IMG/VR virus record: IMGVR_UViG_3300042691_016420
Location: 24,669 to 88,668 of that record
Direction: 5' to 3' (one strand)
Length of the DNA stretch: 64,000 nt
Source: a virus
This document shows, one piece after another, positions 20,771-31,601 of this stretch. The number at the start of each line of letters is the position of its first letter. Position 1 is the first letter of the stretch. Made by a program: the position numbers and the translations under genes. Under the pieces are notes generated by a model. That model searched no databases and had not been told where the DNA came from. It saw nothing but the letters and a program-made list of their open reading frames with translations.

Positions 20771-22465
20771 CTATTTACCACTTATATCATCTCCGCAAAC
20801 CTGGTATTGTCCATTGGAGAGACGAGTTAAGTAAACTTTCATTTTTGCTACTCTCTTATTACCCAACTCTGGATAATTCAGAGGATCAGGTTCAAAGTTA
20901 TGAATAATTGCAGTCTTACCAAGATTTTCTACCTCATATAATGATTGAGCTTGTTCATCTCTTGGATTTAAGGTACCAAGTGTTGCTACATAAGGTTTAC
21001 CATTAAGATTAACAGTATAACTTTGTAAAGGTAATCCTGAGTTTTTATCTCTACCATAAGGAGAGGCTGTTAGTTTAGCACCAACAATAAGCTTAGGATC
21101 ATCTTTACTAGCACCAATTACATTAGCCATTGCTACAGGTTCTTTAGGATCTTTAGGATCTAAGCTATATAACATAACACTAGTAGGGTTACCTAACATA
21201 GCATTAATAATATTAACCCTTTGGTCCTTATCATCTATAGTAGTTCCATAGATAGGAGTACCTTCTTTTTGTTCTTGTATATAAGCAATAGTATCTTTAA
21301 GAGCTAACTCTTTTGCATTAGGACTTCTTCTTCTAGCATGCAAGAAGTTCTCATACACATCAGCATGCTTCTCTCTAATTAACCTCTCAACTTGAGAAAT
21401 TGAACGAGAAATTTTTTCTTCTTTAGAGGCAAGTCCTGATTGTTTTCCAACATTAGAGTATCTACTAAAATCTCCTCCAGTTCCCATAATACTAGGTCCA
21501 CCTAAAATCATAGGATTTTCTTGAGCAGGTTTAATATTACCCTTATCATCAATATACTGCTTAAGCTCTTCTTTAGTTTCTCTAAAATCTGTTTTAGGAA
21601 TTGTACTAAGTGGTACTGCTAATTGTGCAGCAGCCTCTTCAGCAGCTCTCTTCTCATCAAAGTATCTAGCAGTAGAAGCATCAAATTTATCCTCAGAAAC
21701 AGTTTCTCTCTTCTGATTGTAGGCAGCAAAAGTATTTATGAATTTCTGTATACCCTTAGAATCTAATCCTAGCTCTGTAGACATTTCTCCAATAGCATCA
21801 GGATTCATAGCTAGTGCAGTATTAATGCCACCTAGAATTGCATCCTTAGATTTAATGGAAATCTTTCTTCTTGATACTTTACCATTACTAAGAGCAACTG
21901 TAACATCCTGGCTTTGCTCAGGAGTATTCTTAGCAACATCCTCAAATATTTTATTATAATCTACTCTAGGTTTAAGACCTATAAAGTTATATCTCTGAAG
22001 AGCTCCTGTAGCAGGATCTACACCATTAAAGTTTAAATTATATCTATCTTGATAGGTAGAGTATTTACCATCAGCCATAAGTTTAGCAGCAGTTTCTCTA
22101 CCCTTAATCCATTCTTGTGCAGAACTATTAATTAAGTTTATATTAGGATCAGATACAAAACCATCAACAATATCTTGCAGTTTTCTCTTATACTCAGCAG
22201 AACCTTTATCAGGCATACTGTTATGTAATTTCATAGCTTGAGATAAGTAATCTTGTTTCTTTTTCTCAAGATATTCACTGTGCCCTTTAATAGGAGTAGA
22301 GAGTGCAGAAACACTTCTCTTAGCTTCTCTCTCCATAGCATCAGCAGCATCATACCTTTTCTGCTTTTCCTGCATAGCAGCATACATCTCCTCAAAAGGT
22401 AGAGGTACATAAGTATTTCTACTTTCCCTTATAGGGACATTAACTGAGTATGCGTTTATAGCCAT
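20771..22465 (-). CDS. Virion cargo/ejection protein upstream of vRNAP
   Basis: 564 aa with N-terminal YVPLPFEE motif, typical of the crAss gene preceding the RNAP. Confidence 0.6.
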   Translation of the reverse strand: MAINAYSVNVPIRESRNTYVPLPFEEMYAAMQEKQKRYDAADAMEREAKRSVSALSTPIKGHSEYLEKKKQDYLSQAMKLHNSMPDKGSAEYKRKLQDIVDGFVSDPNINLINSSAQEWIKGRETAAKLMADGKYSTYQDRYNLNFNGVDPATGALQRYNFIGLKPRVDYNKIFEDVAKNTPEQSQDVTVALSNGKVSRRKISIKSKDAILGGINTALAMNPDAIGEMSTELGLDSKGIQKFINTFAAYNQKRETVSEDKFDASTARYFDEKRAAEEAAAQLAVPLSTIPKTDFRETKEELKQYIDDKGNIKPAQENPMILGGPSIMGTGGDFSRYSNVGKQSGLASKEEKISRSISQVERLIREKHADVYENFLHARRRSPNAKELALKDTIAYIQEQKEGTPIYGTTIDDKDQRVNIINAMLGNPTSVMLYSLDPKDPKEPVAMANVIGASKDDPKLIVGAKLTASPYGRDKNSGLPLQSYTVNLNGKPYVATLGTLNPRDEQAQSLYEVENLGKTAIIHNFEPDPLNYPELGNKRVAKMKVYLTRLSNGQYQVCGDDISGK

Positions 22466-22468
22466 GTT

Positions 22469-24466
22469 TTATTTTCTCTTATACGCTTTAGCTTTCTTTA
22501 AACCTTTAGCTGCAGTTTTGCTAGCAGTTTTGGGCACTAATTTAAGCAATCCATCAATATCTTTAATATCATAATTTATACCTAGATCTCTTAGAGTTTG
22601 TAGTCTCTGCTCATCAGCAGCTCTTTGTCCTGCCATTTCCTGAGCAACTTCAGTAGCACTATCAATCTTTTGACCTAACCCAATAAGTTGTTGATCATAA
22701 GCAGCTCTACCCATAGCTCTTTGTTGAGCATATTGATTTCTAAGACCAAGATTTGCTTGAGCTTCAACATTGCCTAAGTCTATATTCTTATTAGCAATAT
22801 CCTGTCTAGCAAGAGTATCTTGGATTACAGCATCATTAGCTGCCTTCATTCTAGCAGCAGATAAGTTTCCTGCTTGTGCAAGATATCTGCCAGCATCTCC
22901 TCCTACAATATCTCTAGCACCTTCTCTGCCTGCTTGTTCAGCAAGTTGTATTTCTCTAAGAGTCTTAGGTAATTGAGAAGCATAATTATATCTACCTAAC
23001 TTTAAGTAGTTTTCAGGAACACCTTCTATACCTTTACCAAGAATAGAAGTTCTTGCAGCAATCTCAGCCATAGCTGGCATATTAGCTAAGAAGTTACCCT
23101 TTCTCTTATTTCCTGCAAAAGTATCATTCTTATCCTCAGGTTCTGGTGGAAGAGTAGGAGTAATATCATCTTTAGGTTTTTCTTTTTCTCCACCTACTGG
23201 TTTTACATCTTCCTCAAGTCCAGAAAGATAAGATTTACCTTTATAATCAAATTTAGTTAAACCTTTATTTACAGCTTCTCTTCTTGCTGTTTCTAACTCA
23301 GCAGTAACTTTAGGAATCTTTCCACTATTAACAGCTGCTATATAATCAGATAGAGAAAGGTTATACATTTTCTTAGCAGCTTCCTCACTCATCTCTCTAC
23401 CATATCCTCCACCATAACCAAGTGCAGACTGTTCAGTAAAAGTTTTATTAGAACCAATTACTGGTCTTTTCTTAACAATGCCCTCAATTGTTTTACCTTT
23501 AGTAGATTTTTTACCAGCCTGAGCTTTATCAACATTATCCTCAGGCATCTGTTCTATAATATTATTTAAGAGTTTATAGTTACCTTTCTTATAAGCAGCA
23601 ATAGCTTGTTTATTCTTACCACCATTAGCAGTAACAATAGCAGAACCTTCTGGAATAGTTAACGCTCCAGTGCCATATTTATATGGGCTCTTACCTTCTA
23701 CAGCAGAGGTAATTCTTTTAACATTAGCTCTTATTTCATTAAGCTCCTTTGTCTCTTGCCCTTTGAGAAAAGTTTTAATACTTTCTCCTTCAGTAGCTTT
23801 ACGATACTTATTACTAGCATTCATAACATCTATTTCTCTTTGTAAAATATCTCTTCTCTGTTGTTTATAAAGATTAGTTACTTTATCTTTTTCAGCATTA
23901 GAGAGATCTTCCCAATCATAACCAAGATTTTTCTTACCAAATCTTTCTCTTTTAGTAATAACCATTTTACCATCTACTGTTTGGTATCTCTTATTACCAG
24001 GAAATACAGATTCTCCATCATAGTTATTAAAGTATTCTGTAGCTCTATCAGTAGACTTAGGAACAACTCTAGTTTTAGTTACCGGAGCTTTCTCAATATA
24101 AACTTTCTTTTCTCCAGATACAGTAGGGTAAGTTTTCTTTTTTACAGGAGTAGTGTCTTTTTTAATAGTAGTTCTAGCAGGAACAGTATCTTTCTTAATA
24201 GAGACTGCTTTAGCAGTTTTAACTTTTGCTTTAGGTAATGGAAAATCATATGGAACATCAGGAAGCTCATCAAACTCATTTGGAGGATTCATTATGTTCT
24301 CAAATTCTAACTCATTAACATCAATATCTTTTCCACCAGGTTGATACTTATATTTTTTCTTAGGATGTTTACAGCCGCAATTCTTCATGCCTTTTTTAGC
24401 TTCAGGAAGATTCTCATCTCCTCTATATTGTTTTACGGCTTTAGCCCCAGATAAAAGTTTATACAT
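22469..24466 (-). CDS. Basic modular virion cargo protein
   Basis: 665 aa, Lys-rich, repeated xxxG[TSAK]K motifs, Ala/Gln-rich helical C-terminus. Confidence 0.55.
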   Translation of the reverse strand: MYKLLSGAKAVKQYRGDENLPEAKKGMKNCGCKHPKKKYKYQPGGKDIDVNELEFENIMNPPNEFDELPDVPYDFPLPKAKVKTAKAVSIKKDTVPARTTIKKDTTPVKKKTYPTVSGEKKVYIEKAPVTKTRVVPKSTDRATEYFNNYDGESVFPGNKRYQTVDGKMVITKRERFGKKNLGYDWEDLSNAEKDKVTNLYKQQRRDILQREIDVMNASNKYRKATEGESIKTFLKGQETKELNEIRANVKRITSAVEGKSPYKYGTGALTIPEGSAIVTANGGKNKQAIAAYKKGNYKLLNNIIEQMPEDNVDKAQAGKKSTKGKTIEGIVKKRPVIGSNKTFTEQSALGYGGGYGREMSEEAAKKMYNLSLSDYIAAVNSGKIPKVTAELETARREAVNKGLTKFDYKGKSYLSGLEEDVKPVGGEKEKPKDDITPTLPPEPEDKNDTFAGNKRKGNFLANMPAMAEIAARTSILGKGIEGVPENYLKLGRYNYASQLPKTLREIQLAEQAGREGARDIVGGDAGRYLAQAGNLSAARMKAANDAVIQDTLARQDIANKNIDLGNVEAQANLGLRNQYAQQRAMGRAAYDQQLIGLGQKIDSATEVAQEMAGQRAADEQRLQTLRDLGINYDIKDIDGLLKLVPKTASKTAAKGLKKAKAYKRK

Positions 24467-24984
24467 TATTTACCAGCTTTAATTTTCTTTTCTTGCTTAA
24501 GCATCTCAGGAGTAGGTTTTTTACCAGAACCTTTATTAGCTCTGATATTATCCCAAAGACCTCTCTGAGAAGTAGAACCATCAGCTCTCTTAATCATCTC
24601 CTTCTTCTTAAACTTAATGCTCTTAGTTCCCTCAGCATATTTCATACCTTTAGAACCACACATTTTAGAATCAGTTTTCATAGACTTGCTACCATTCTTA
24701 ATTACACCTCTGCCTTTAAGAATATCAGCTCTTGTAACTTGTCCATCACCAGTTAAGTCTGGAAAAGAACCTTTTTTAGCACCAACAGATTTAGAACCAT
24801 CCTCATGTTTCCACTTGGCTGCATTCTGTGCAAAGATAGCTCTCTTCTTAGTAATAGGATTCTTACTATGAGTAAGTTCTTCTGTAGTCTTACCAGTAGC
24901 TTTTTTGGTAGCTGTAAACTTACCTCTGTTCTCTGGTTTAATGTAAATACCAGAGTTTCCTTTTTTGTTCATCTTGAATTTCAT
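24466..24984 (-). CDS. Small basic modular (polyprotein-like) head protein
   Basis: Three short modules (IYIKPENRGKFT..FAQNA; FPDLTGDGQVTRADILKGRG; KRADGS..RGLWDNIR) joined by GSKS/GTKS repeats. Confidence 0.6.
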   Translation of the reverse strand: MKFKMNKKGNSGIYIKPENRGKFTATKKATGKTTEELTHSKNPITKKRAIFAQNAAKWKHEDGSKSVGAKKGSFPDLTGDGQVTRADILKGRGVIKNGSKSMKTDSKMCGSKGMKYAEGTKSIKFKKKEMIKRADGSTSQRGLWDNIRANKGSGKKPTPEMLKQEKKIKAGK

Positions 24985-25001
24985 AACTTTATTTTACGTT
25001 T

Positions 25002-26147
25002 TTAACAGTTCCACTTTCTAAGAGCAAGAGCTTTTCTTGTAGGCTTACCATTCTTTTCCATAGGTCCCTTAACACCAGACATTCTAGCACAAAAGGATTT
25101 TCTTCTATTAGCTGCTTTAGAACCTGGCTTAAGTTTAGATGGTGGAGTAGTAACAGCCATCTTTAGATTACCTCCAGTAGCCCTATTATACTTATCTACA
25201 CCTTTTTGAGTCAAGCCTCCCTTAGGATCTTTCTCTTTTCTACTAAAGGATAGAGAAACACTCTTGCTCCCATCCTTATACTTAATTAATGGTTTCATAT
25301 CTTTACTACCTTGTTTCTTTTTATTTAATGGTTTTCCTGTTTTAGGATCATAATATACTCTATCATATATCTCATAGGGTTTGCCTATTTTATCTGAGTA
25401 AGGAACATCAAAATCATATGTATCATAGATTGAGTAATAGTTTCCTTTTTTATCTTTACCTTTAGAATAAGTTACATTTTGTAAAGGTCTAAAAGAAGAT
25501 TCTACACCTGTTCTCTTAGTTGGAGTATCTTTATTTCCAAAAATTTTATCAGAAGCTTTTTGTAAAAAGTCTTTTTCTCTAACAAAAGCTTTTGATGCAT
25601 TACTTATTACTGAATCCTCAAAAGCAGGATATGCATTTCTTACAGTATAATATTTAGTATTTTTTGTTTTATTTTCTGTAGGAGTATATTTAGATCTAGT
25701 TACTGTTTTTTCTTTCTGAGGAATTCCCATATAAAAAGCCCATGCATCTTTATCTGCTTGAGTTACATTCTTACTTTCTTCATCAGTTACTTTTCTTCCT
25801 GAAGTAAATCTTCCAATAGCAGGTATAGTTTCTAAAAGAGGATACTCATCAGGATTTACACTATCATATATTCTTCTTCTAAGACCTTCTGATAAACCAA
25901 AAGTTCTTCCGTTATTATAATCAGCTTTAGCTTTCTTAGTTCCTTTCTGTTTAAGAGGAGTCTCTACAACATAAGGAGTGTTAAACTTGTACTGACCAGT
26001 ATTAGGATATAAAGTTTTACCATTAGCTTTAATAGGAAAAGCCATACCTTGAGTAGTAATAAGGTTAGATGGGATTACATTGACTGGATTCTTAGCAGTC
26101 TTAGCTCCCTTTAAATATCCTGTCTTATTTACTGGTAAATTTCTCAT
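25002..26147 (-). CDS. Basic modular virion protein, C-terminal DUF6321-like module
   Basis: C-terminal KDPKGGLTQKG...RRKSFCARMSG...ALRKWNC module, plus xxxG[ST]K linkers. Confidence 0.6.
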   Translation of the reverse strand: MRNLPVNKTGYLKGAKTAKNPVNVIPSNLITTQGMAFPIKANGKTLYPNTGQYKFNTPYVVETPLKQKGTKKAKADYNNGRTFGLSEGLRRRIYDSVNPDEYPLLETIPAIGRFTSGRKVTDEESKNVTQADKDAWAFYMGIPQKEKTVTRSKYTPTENKTKNTKYYTVRNAYPAFEDSVISNASKAFVREKDFLQKASDKIFGNKDTPTKRTGVESSFRPLQNVTYSKGKDKKGNYYSIYDTYDFDVPYSDKIGKPYEIYDRVYYDPKTGKPLNKKKQGSKDMKPLIKYKDGSKSVSLSFSRKEKDPKGGLTQKGVDKYNRATGGNLKMAVTTPPSKLKPGSKAANRRKSFCARMSGVKGPMEKNGKPTRKALALRKWNC

Positions 26148-27649
26148 CTATATACCTTAACTCTTTTAGAACCTTTATTAAAATCATTCTTAGTATTGAA
26201 GGTACTCCTTGGTGGAGGTGGCTTCATCTCATATAACATAGGAGGATCTATAATCCTATTAGTGTCAGGATTTTCCTTTTTATGCGACCTAGGAGTCCTG
26301 ATTTTCTCCTTTCTTCTCTCATCAGGAATCTGTCTTGCAACTTGATGAAGCCCAGCTCTGGGCTGAATAAATTTATTAGCAGCATTGGCAGGAGTACTAC
26401 CAGTAAGATTCTGAGAAAAGGCAGCAGTATTGAGATCATCAACTTTAATTTGTTTAGCACCAACAGCCATTTTACCAGAACCTAAGAGAGATACCTTACT
26501 TCTTTTAGGCATTAAGTTATTAGTACCTTGTTTAAAAGCAGGAGCTCCCATTCCTACAGTTTCTTTATTATAATATTGAGGTAGTATATTTCTTCCTTTA
26601 TAAGTTCCCTTTATCTTATTATAACCTTCATCACTTAAAGTTCCTCCAAGAATATCAGTTATAACACCCTTTCCTCTTCCTGCAAATTTTCCTGCTTCAA
26701 AACTTCTTTTTAATTTGCCAATAAGTTTTGCCTTTTTTACTAAAGGAAGTGCTCCAGCACTTTCAAGAGCTGCATCAATAGTTGCTTCTGTACTAGGATT
26801 ATTTTTTACATTTTTAATAGATCTATATGCATCATCTGAAGATGTTACTCCAAAAGGATCAATTATTTCTACAAAATTTTCAAACCAACTATCTTTATCT
26901 TCAGTATTTTCTGATTTAGTTTTAGATTTAACAGATTGTTTACCAGCTTGTGCTCTAGGCATAACTACAGCCTTAACTCCACCTTCCTCATGAGTAGGAT
27001 CATTAGGATTATAGTATAAGAGATCTCTACTACCATCTTTCTTCTTAGGAGAGAAGATAGGTTCTCTACCCTCTGTCTCAATAAGACGAGGTTGTTTAGT
27101 TTTAACTTTATACTTACCCTTCTTAGCTAAAGCTGCTTGTACATCTGTAGAAGAACCCTCAGTATATCTTTTATTTATATTAGCAATCCTAGTAGCTTCT
27201 TCAGCTTTCTGAGCTTCTTCCTTAACTTTCTCTTGAGTAGTTTTACCAAATGGATTCTTCATACCAAGAGCTTGTAATCCTGCAGTAATTGGAACTTTGC
27301 TAAATAAATCTGCAGCAGCTGTTTTATCACCTGTAAGTGCAGAAAGTGCTTGACCAGCTGTTTCCATAGGATTAAGTCCCGTAGAAAGAATTTCAGAAAA
27401 TTTATTTTTATAATTTCCTTTAGAATCTTTAAGTGCTGCATTAGAGATTGCACTTACTCCTTGCAATGCACTACCCAAACCTGGCATAGCTATATTAGCA
27501 GCAGTAGCTGCAATATTTCCTCCTACTTGGTTTTTAGCATCTTGTTCTTGTCTTAGTTTATAAGCAGTATGATAGGGAGGAGTATCTTCCTCTATTCTTT
27601 GAACCCCTCCTTGGAATTTATATTTATTTCTTAATATTTTTCTTTTCAT
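26144..27649 (-). CDS. Basic modular virion cargo protein
   Basis: 501 aa with a Gly/Ala amphipathic N-part, an ETEGRE...PTHEEGGV module and xxxG[TSK]K linkers. Confidence 0.55.
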   Translation of the reverse strand: MKRKILRNKYKFQGGVQRIEEDTPPYHTAYKLRQEQDAKNQVGGNIAATAANIAMPGLGSALQGVSAISNAALKDSKGNYKNKFSEILSTGLNPMETAGQALSALTGDKTAAADLFSKVPITAGLQALGMKNPFGKTTQEKVKEEAQKAEEATRIANINKRYTEGSSTDVQAALAKKGKYKVKTKQPRLIETEGREPIFSPKKKDGSRDLLYYNPNDPTHEEGGVKAVVMPRAQAGKQSVKSKTKSENTEDKDSWFENFVEIIDPFGVTSSDDAYRSIKNVKNNPSTEATIDAALESAGALPLVKKAKLIGKLKRSFEAGKFAGRGKGVITDILGGTLSDEGYNKIKGTYKGRNILPQYYNKETVGMGAPAFKQGTNNLMPKRSKVSLLGSGKMAVGAKQIKVDDLNTAAFSQNLTGSTPANAANKFIQPRAGLHQVARQIPDERRKEKIRTPRSHKKENPDTNRIIDPPMLYEMKPPPPRSTFNTKNDFNKGSKRVKVYR

Positions 27650-27651
27650 GT

Positions 27652-30600
27652 TTATGCTACAGAAGGTTTGAAGAAAGTCTTAACGTAATTTAAAACTAAG
27701 GGTTTATCCTGATTATACGAGAGCTTAGTGTACAGAAACTTACCTTTCATATGTGCTCTAAAGTCTGCATTAATATCTAGATTACTGCTCTCAAAAATAT
27801 TTACATAAGGATCTACTACAGCATCTAGTGGTAATTCTGCATGGAAAGAACTTCTATAATAATTTGTAGGTACTTTAGTAGCATCATAATTATTTAAGAA
27901 GTTATTCTCAAAATCATCAGAATATGCAAAAGGAAGTTCTGTACTATTTTGTCTATCTGTCCAACAATGAATAGTTGAGAAAGATTCATCATTAAAGATA
28001 TAACTGTTAGGTTCTACAAATCCTGGAGAATTTATTCCTTGATTTCCACCTGACATGGTATTCATCTCTATCCTATCAAATCTCTTAAATGCATCAGGTT
28101 GAGTATTCTCTACAAAAGTTATATAAGAGTTCTTTCTAATTCCATTTGGATTATCCATGTTATAAAAACTATTCTCATTATTTCTCCAAGCATATGAGGA
28201 ACCATTTATTGTAAAGTAAGCATTGGGAGAAAAGTCATGAAGGGATGTCCATGTTTGAGTCTTAGGATAGAAAGAGATGGCTTTTTCCTGAGTAATATTA
28301 TTAATTAAGAGTCTCTTATTAGCCCAATCATATCCCATAGTATACTTATCATTAGTATTTACAAATCCTCTAAAGAATGAGAAAAGTCCTAAATCTGATA
28401 TTTCTACAGGGGCATCTCCAGCAAATAAGAATACCTTACCTTGTTTATGGTCTAAGAACACTCTACCAAATGGAGTATTGGTTCCACTCTTATCAAGTGT
28501 GCCCATATAACCTCCTTTAATATCAAGGATAAGTTTAGATGGAAGTTGGAATACTCCAGCATTACCAAGTATTACTTGACCTTGAGATGTAGCTTGAGTA
28601 GTATTAGGATTAAAGTAAGAAAGCCATAATCCATATTCTGTATGATGAAAGAAGTTATTATTGAATACAAAAGTATCTGTAATTTCTCCTCTATGTCTAG
28701 GTACATCATGAAAACTATTAGGAGAAAAATATCTATACTGATCTACCAACTCACTCTCAAAAGATTGTGAGGAATATATACTTCTATTTTTATACTCTTG
28801 TATCTCATTAAAGAATAAAGGTTTAGGAAAACTTAACTTTAATCCTGTAAGAGAAGAATATTGTTTATTATAACCAGTACTTACTTTCCACCATTCAAAA
28901 TTAAATAGTCCAAAATTAGTTTCCTGATCATTTACAATATACTTGTAATTAGGGTAGAATGGAACTTTACCATCTTCTGTGTGTCTAAGAGAATAGTTAT
29001 TCTTAGACTCTACATAAACTCCCATCATACAATGTCCTTCTACTGTCTCATTAGTAGTTTTTCCAACAAGTTTATCATAAAAATTAAAGAAGTATTTACT
29101 TATATAAATATCCCCCTCAAGTTCTGCTGTTGTTGGTAAATTATTACCATCACCTATTACAACAACTGCCGGAGTATATTCTGCATTTTCTAACTTACCA
29201 TATTGAAACTCATTATCATTAATGATTCTAGATAAATTGATGCTTAATCTTTGAGTCTCATCTAAATCTTCATAATGATAACCAGGATTAAACATTGAAA
29301 AATCATCTTCCTCTTCAAAATCTTCTATTTGATTAACAATAAATTGAGGGTCTAAGTAATATTTACTTTCAGCATTAGAGTTGTCATCAAAAAAATGTGA
29401 GTCTGAAGTTTTTAAGTGTATATATTGAGATGAAAATTTAATTGTAATTTTACTATCAATAACTATATTATTCTCAGAACCAATATTTGTAATATATTCT
29501 GCATCTTGTATATTTACTAAATTGCCTTTATTAGAGATAAACTCATTAAACTCAAAGAATAAGTTGGCATACAAAAGAGTATCAGTTCTTTGAGCATTTC
29601 TATCTGTACAAATAGGAATTGTTAATTTAACATAGAAAGGATCAGGGCCATAAGTTAAATACCATGCAAAATAAGGCCCATCAACTTCAGGATTTCCTGA
29701 ATGAATTATAAGATTATTACCATACCCTACTCTTTGTATTTTATATCCTGCCTTTACTTTACTAGCATCTAATAGTGTATCTGGAGAATGATACATTGCA
29801 TAGGTTCTATTAGTAAACCATCTAGGGGCCCATGTATAAGCTTGCACACTATCTTCACCCTCACCGCTTCCAACACTTTCTCTGTGGAATACACTGCCTG
29901 TCCAAAGGTTGCCTATATACTTATCATTGTTATACTCATTCTGAAGATAAGGTCTTGAGAAACCATTATCAATTATTCTAGTATTAGTATCATTATTTCT
30001 AGGTTGAAAGCCAATTACATATCCTTGAATATTAGCTTTCTGTTCATCAGTAAAGTTTATATTCTCAGCTCTAACCCTAAGTATATTTATATAATCCTCA
30101 TCACCAATATATCCAGTTTGATCATAGTCTGGCATTTGATGATGTCTAATTCTTCCTGTTAAACCAACCTCTTGATATTTTTCTGTATACTCTTCTTTTG
30201 AGTACCAAACTGCTAGTGTAGGAATATTTACATTAGGAGTAAGATTTCCTGGAATATGATATGCAAATCCTAAACTACCATCTTTATAAATTGGTGTAAT
30301 TGAGAATGAGTAAATTTCTTCTCTCTGAAAACCTTTTAATACTGAAGGGTCAGCATAAACATTAGTTTTCTGAAAGTTTTGATCTCTAGAAATATTTACA
30401 GTTTGATTGGTTGTAGTATTTATAAGTGAGTATATTCTATCACTTCCTGGAAAAAAACTCCCTATTATTTCATTTGGCCAATTTAATCCTCCATTTGATT
30501 TTCTAACAGATAAAAAGTTTCTTCTTGTATCTACAGATTTTTCATCTATAAACCAATATAACTTAATATTGTTAGCAACTTCTTGAAAACCAGCATCATA

Positions 30601-31596
30601 TTTCTTACTAGTAATATTAGATAGTACAAGAATATTATCTTTCTGTTCTATACATTTTGCACTATTAACATTTACAGGTATTTCTAATAATGCACTCTCA
30701 CTAACATCCTGCAAATATTGAGATTCATTGCTAAATGATATTTCTAAGTTTTCCCTTATCTCAAATAAACCTAAACTTTTTATAGAGAGAACATTTGTTA
30801 AACCTATATATGTAATTACAACAGGTTCAATGTATTGATAGTTTTCATCAAGATTTTGTAAACTTATTAATATTCTTTGATTACTATTACTTTGAGGTGG
30901 AGCTCCAGTTACTTTATCATTATATATTTGAGTACCATTAGATACATCGGGTACACCAGGAACAATATTTATAAATCTAGAAGGTATGTTAAAAGCAGTT
31001 TTATTATTCTCACTTGTAGCATATCTAAATGCAAATGAGTATGTCCCTGTTGGAAGAGTTCCTCCTTGTTGAACTGAGTAATTAGCATATGGCATTTTAT
31101 AACTCAGTTGTAAATCCCAATCTTCAAGAGTATTATATATATCTGAGTTGTATTCTAAATCTTGAAATTGAGTAACATTAAATCTTCTAGGTTTATTACC
31201 CTCCTCAACAAAATATACTACAATTTCATTTTTAGAATTTATTCTAGCTACAGAATCTATCTCTTTTTCAAAATTTAATTTATAAGGAGTAAAAAAGTCA
31301 TTAAAGATTCTCTCATAAACTCCATTCTGAAATAAACCTATCTCAGAATATTTATTACCATCATTACCTAATTGTTGAAAGAAAATAATAAATAAGTCTT
31401 GTACAGGACAAGAACCTAAATATGTATAGGAAGCAGCATCTTCTAAGGTTTTAGTAATACTCTCTAACTCCTCATTAGTAAGTCTACCACTATCATTCCT
31501 AATCCAGTTATAGGCATCAACATAACTACCCTCTGGTTGCATCTGAGGGCTATTGCTTCTGTGCAATCCTTTCTCAAAACTATTAGTACCTTCCAT
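27652..31596 (-). CDS. Tail stabilization/muzzle protein (crAss; P22 gp10-like)
   Basis: 1314 aa, N-terminal NSFEKGL...PEGSYVDAYN, C-terminal WTSLHDFSP. Conserved crAss position. Confidence 0.75.
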   Translation of the reverse strand: MEGTNSFEKGLHRSNSPQMQPEGSYVDAYNWIRNDSGRLTNEELESITKTLEDAASYTYLGSCPVQDLFIIFFQQLGNDGNKYSEIGLFQNGVYERIFNDFFTPYKLNFEKEIDSVARINSKNEIVVYFVEEGNKPRRFNVTQFQDLEYNSDIYNTLEDWDLQLSYKMPYANYSVQQGGTLPTGTYSFAFRYATSENNKTAFNIPSRFINIVPGVPDVSNGTQIYNDKVTGAPPQSNSNQRILISLQNLDENYQYIEPVVITYIGLTNVLSIKSLGLFEIRENLEISFSNESQYLQDVSESALLEIPVNVNSAKCIEQKDNILVLSNITSKKYDAGFQEVANNIKLYWFIDEKSVDTRRNFLSVRKSNGGLNWPNEIIGSFFPGSDRIYSLINTTTNQTVNISRDQNFQKTNVYADPSVLKGFQREEIYSFSITPIYKDGSLGFAYHIPGNLTPNVNIPTLAVWYSKEEYTEKYQEVGLTGRIRHHQMPDYDQTGYIGDEDYINILRVRAENINFTDEQKANIQGYVIGFQPRNNDTNTRIIDNGFSRPYLQNEYNNDKYIGNLWTGSVFHRESVGSGEGEDSVQAYTWAPRWFTNRTYAMYHSPDTLLDASKVKAGYKIQRVGYGNNLIIHSGNPEVDGPYFAWYLTYGPDPFYVKLTIPICTDRNAQRTDTLLYANLFFEFNEFISNKGNLVNIQDAEYITNIGSENNIVIDSKITIKFSSQYIHLKTSDSHFFDDNSNAESKYYLDPQFIVNQIEDFEEEDDFSMFNPGYHYEDLDETQRLSINLSRIINDNEFQYGKLENAEYTPAVVVIGDGNNLPTTAELEGDIYISKYFFNFYDKLVGKTTNETVEGHCMMGVYVESKNNYSLRHTEDGKVPFYPNYKYIVNDQETNFGLFNFEWWKVSTGYNKQYSSLTGLKLSFPKPLFFNEIQEYKNRSIYSSQSFESELVDQYRYFSPNSFHDVPRHRGEITDTFVFNNNFFHHTEYGLWLSYFNPNTTQATSQGQVILGNAGVFQLPSKLILDIKGGYMGTLDKSGTNTPFGRVFLDHKQGKVFLFAGDAPVEISDLGLFSFFRGFVNTNDKYTMGYDWANKRLLINNITQEKAISFYPKTQTWTSLHDFSPNAYFTINGSSYAWRNNENSFYNMDNPNGIRKNSYITFVENTQPDAFKRFDRIEMNTMSGGNQGINSPGFVEPNSYIFNDESFSTIHCWTDRQNSTELPFAYSDDFENNFLNNYDATKVPTNYYRSSFHAELPLDAVVDPYVNIFESSNLDINADFRAHMKGKFLYTKLSYNQDKPLVLNYVKTFFKPSVA

Positions 31597-31601
31597 AAAT
31601 T

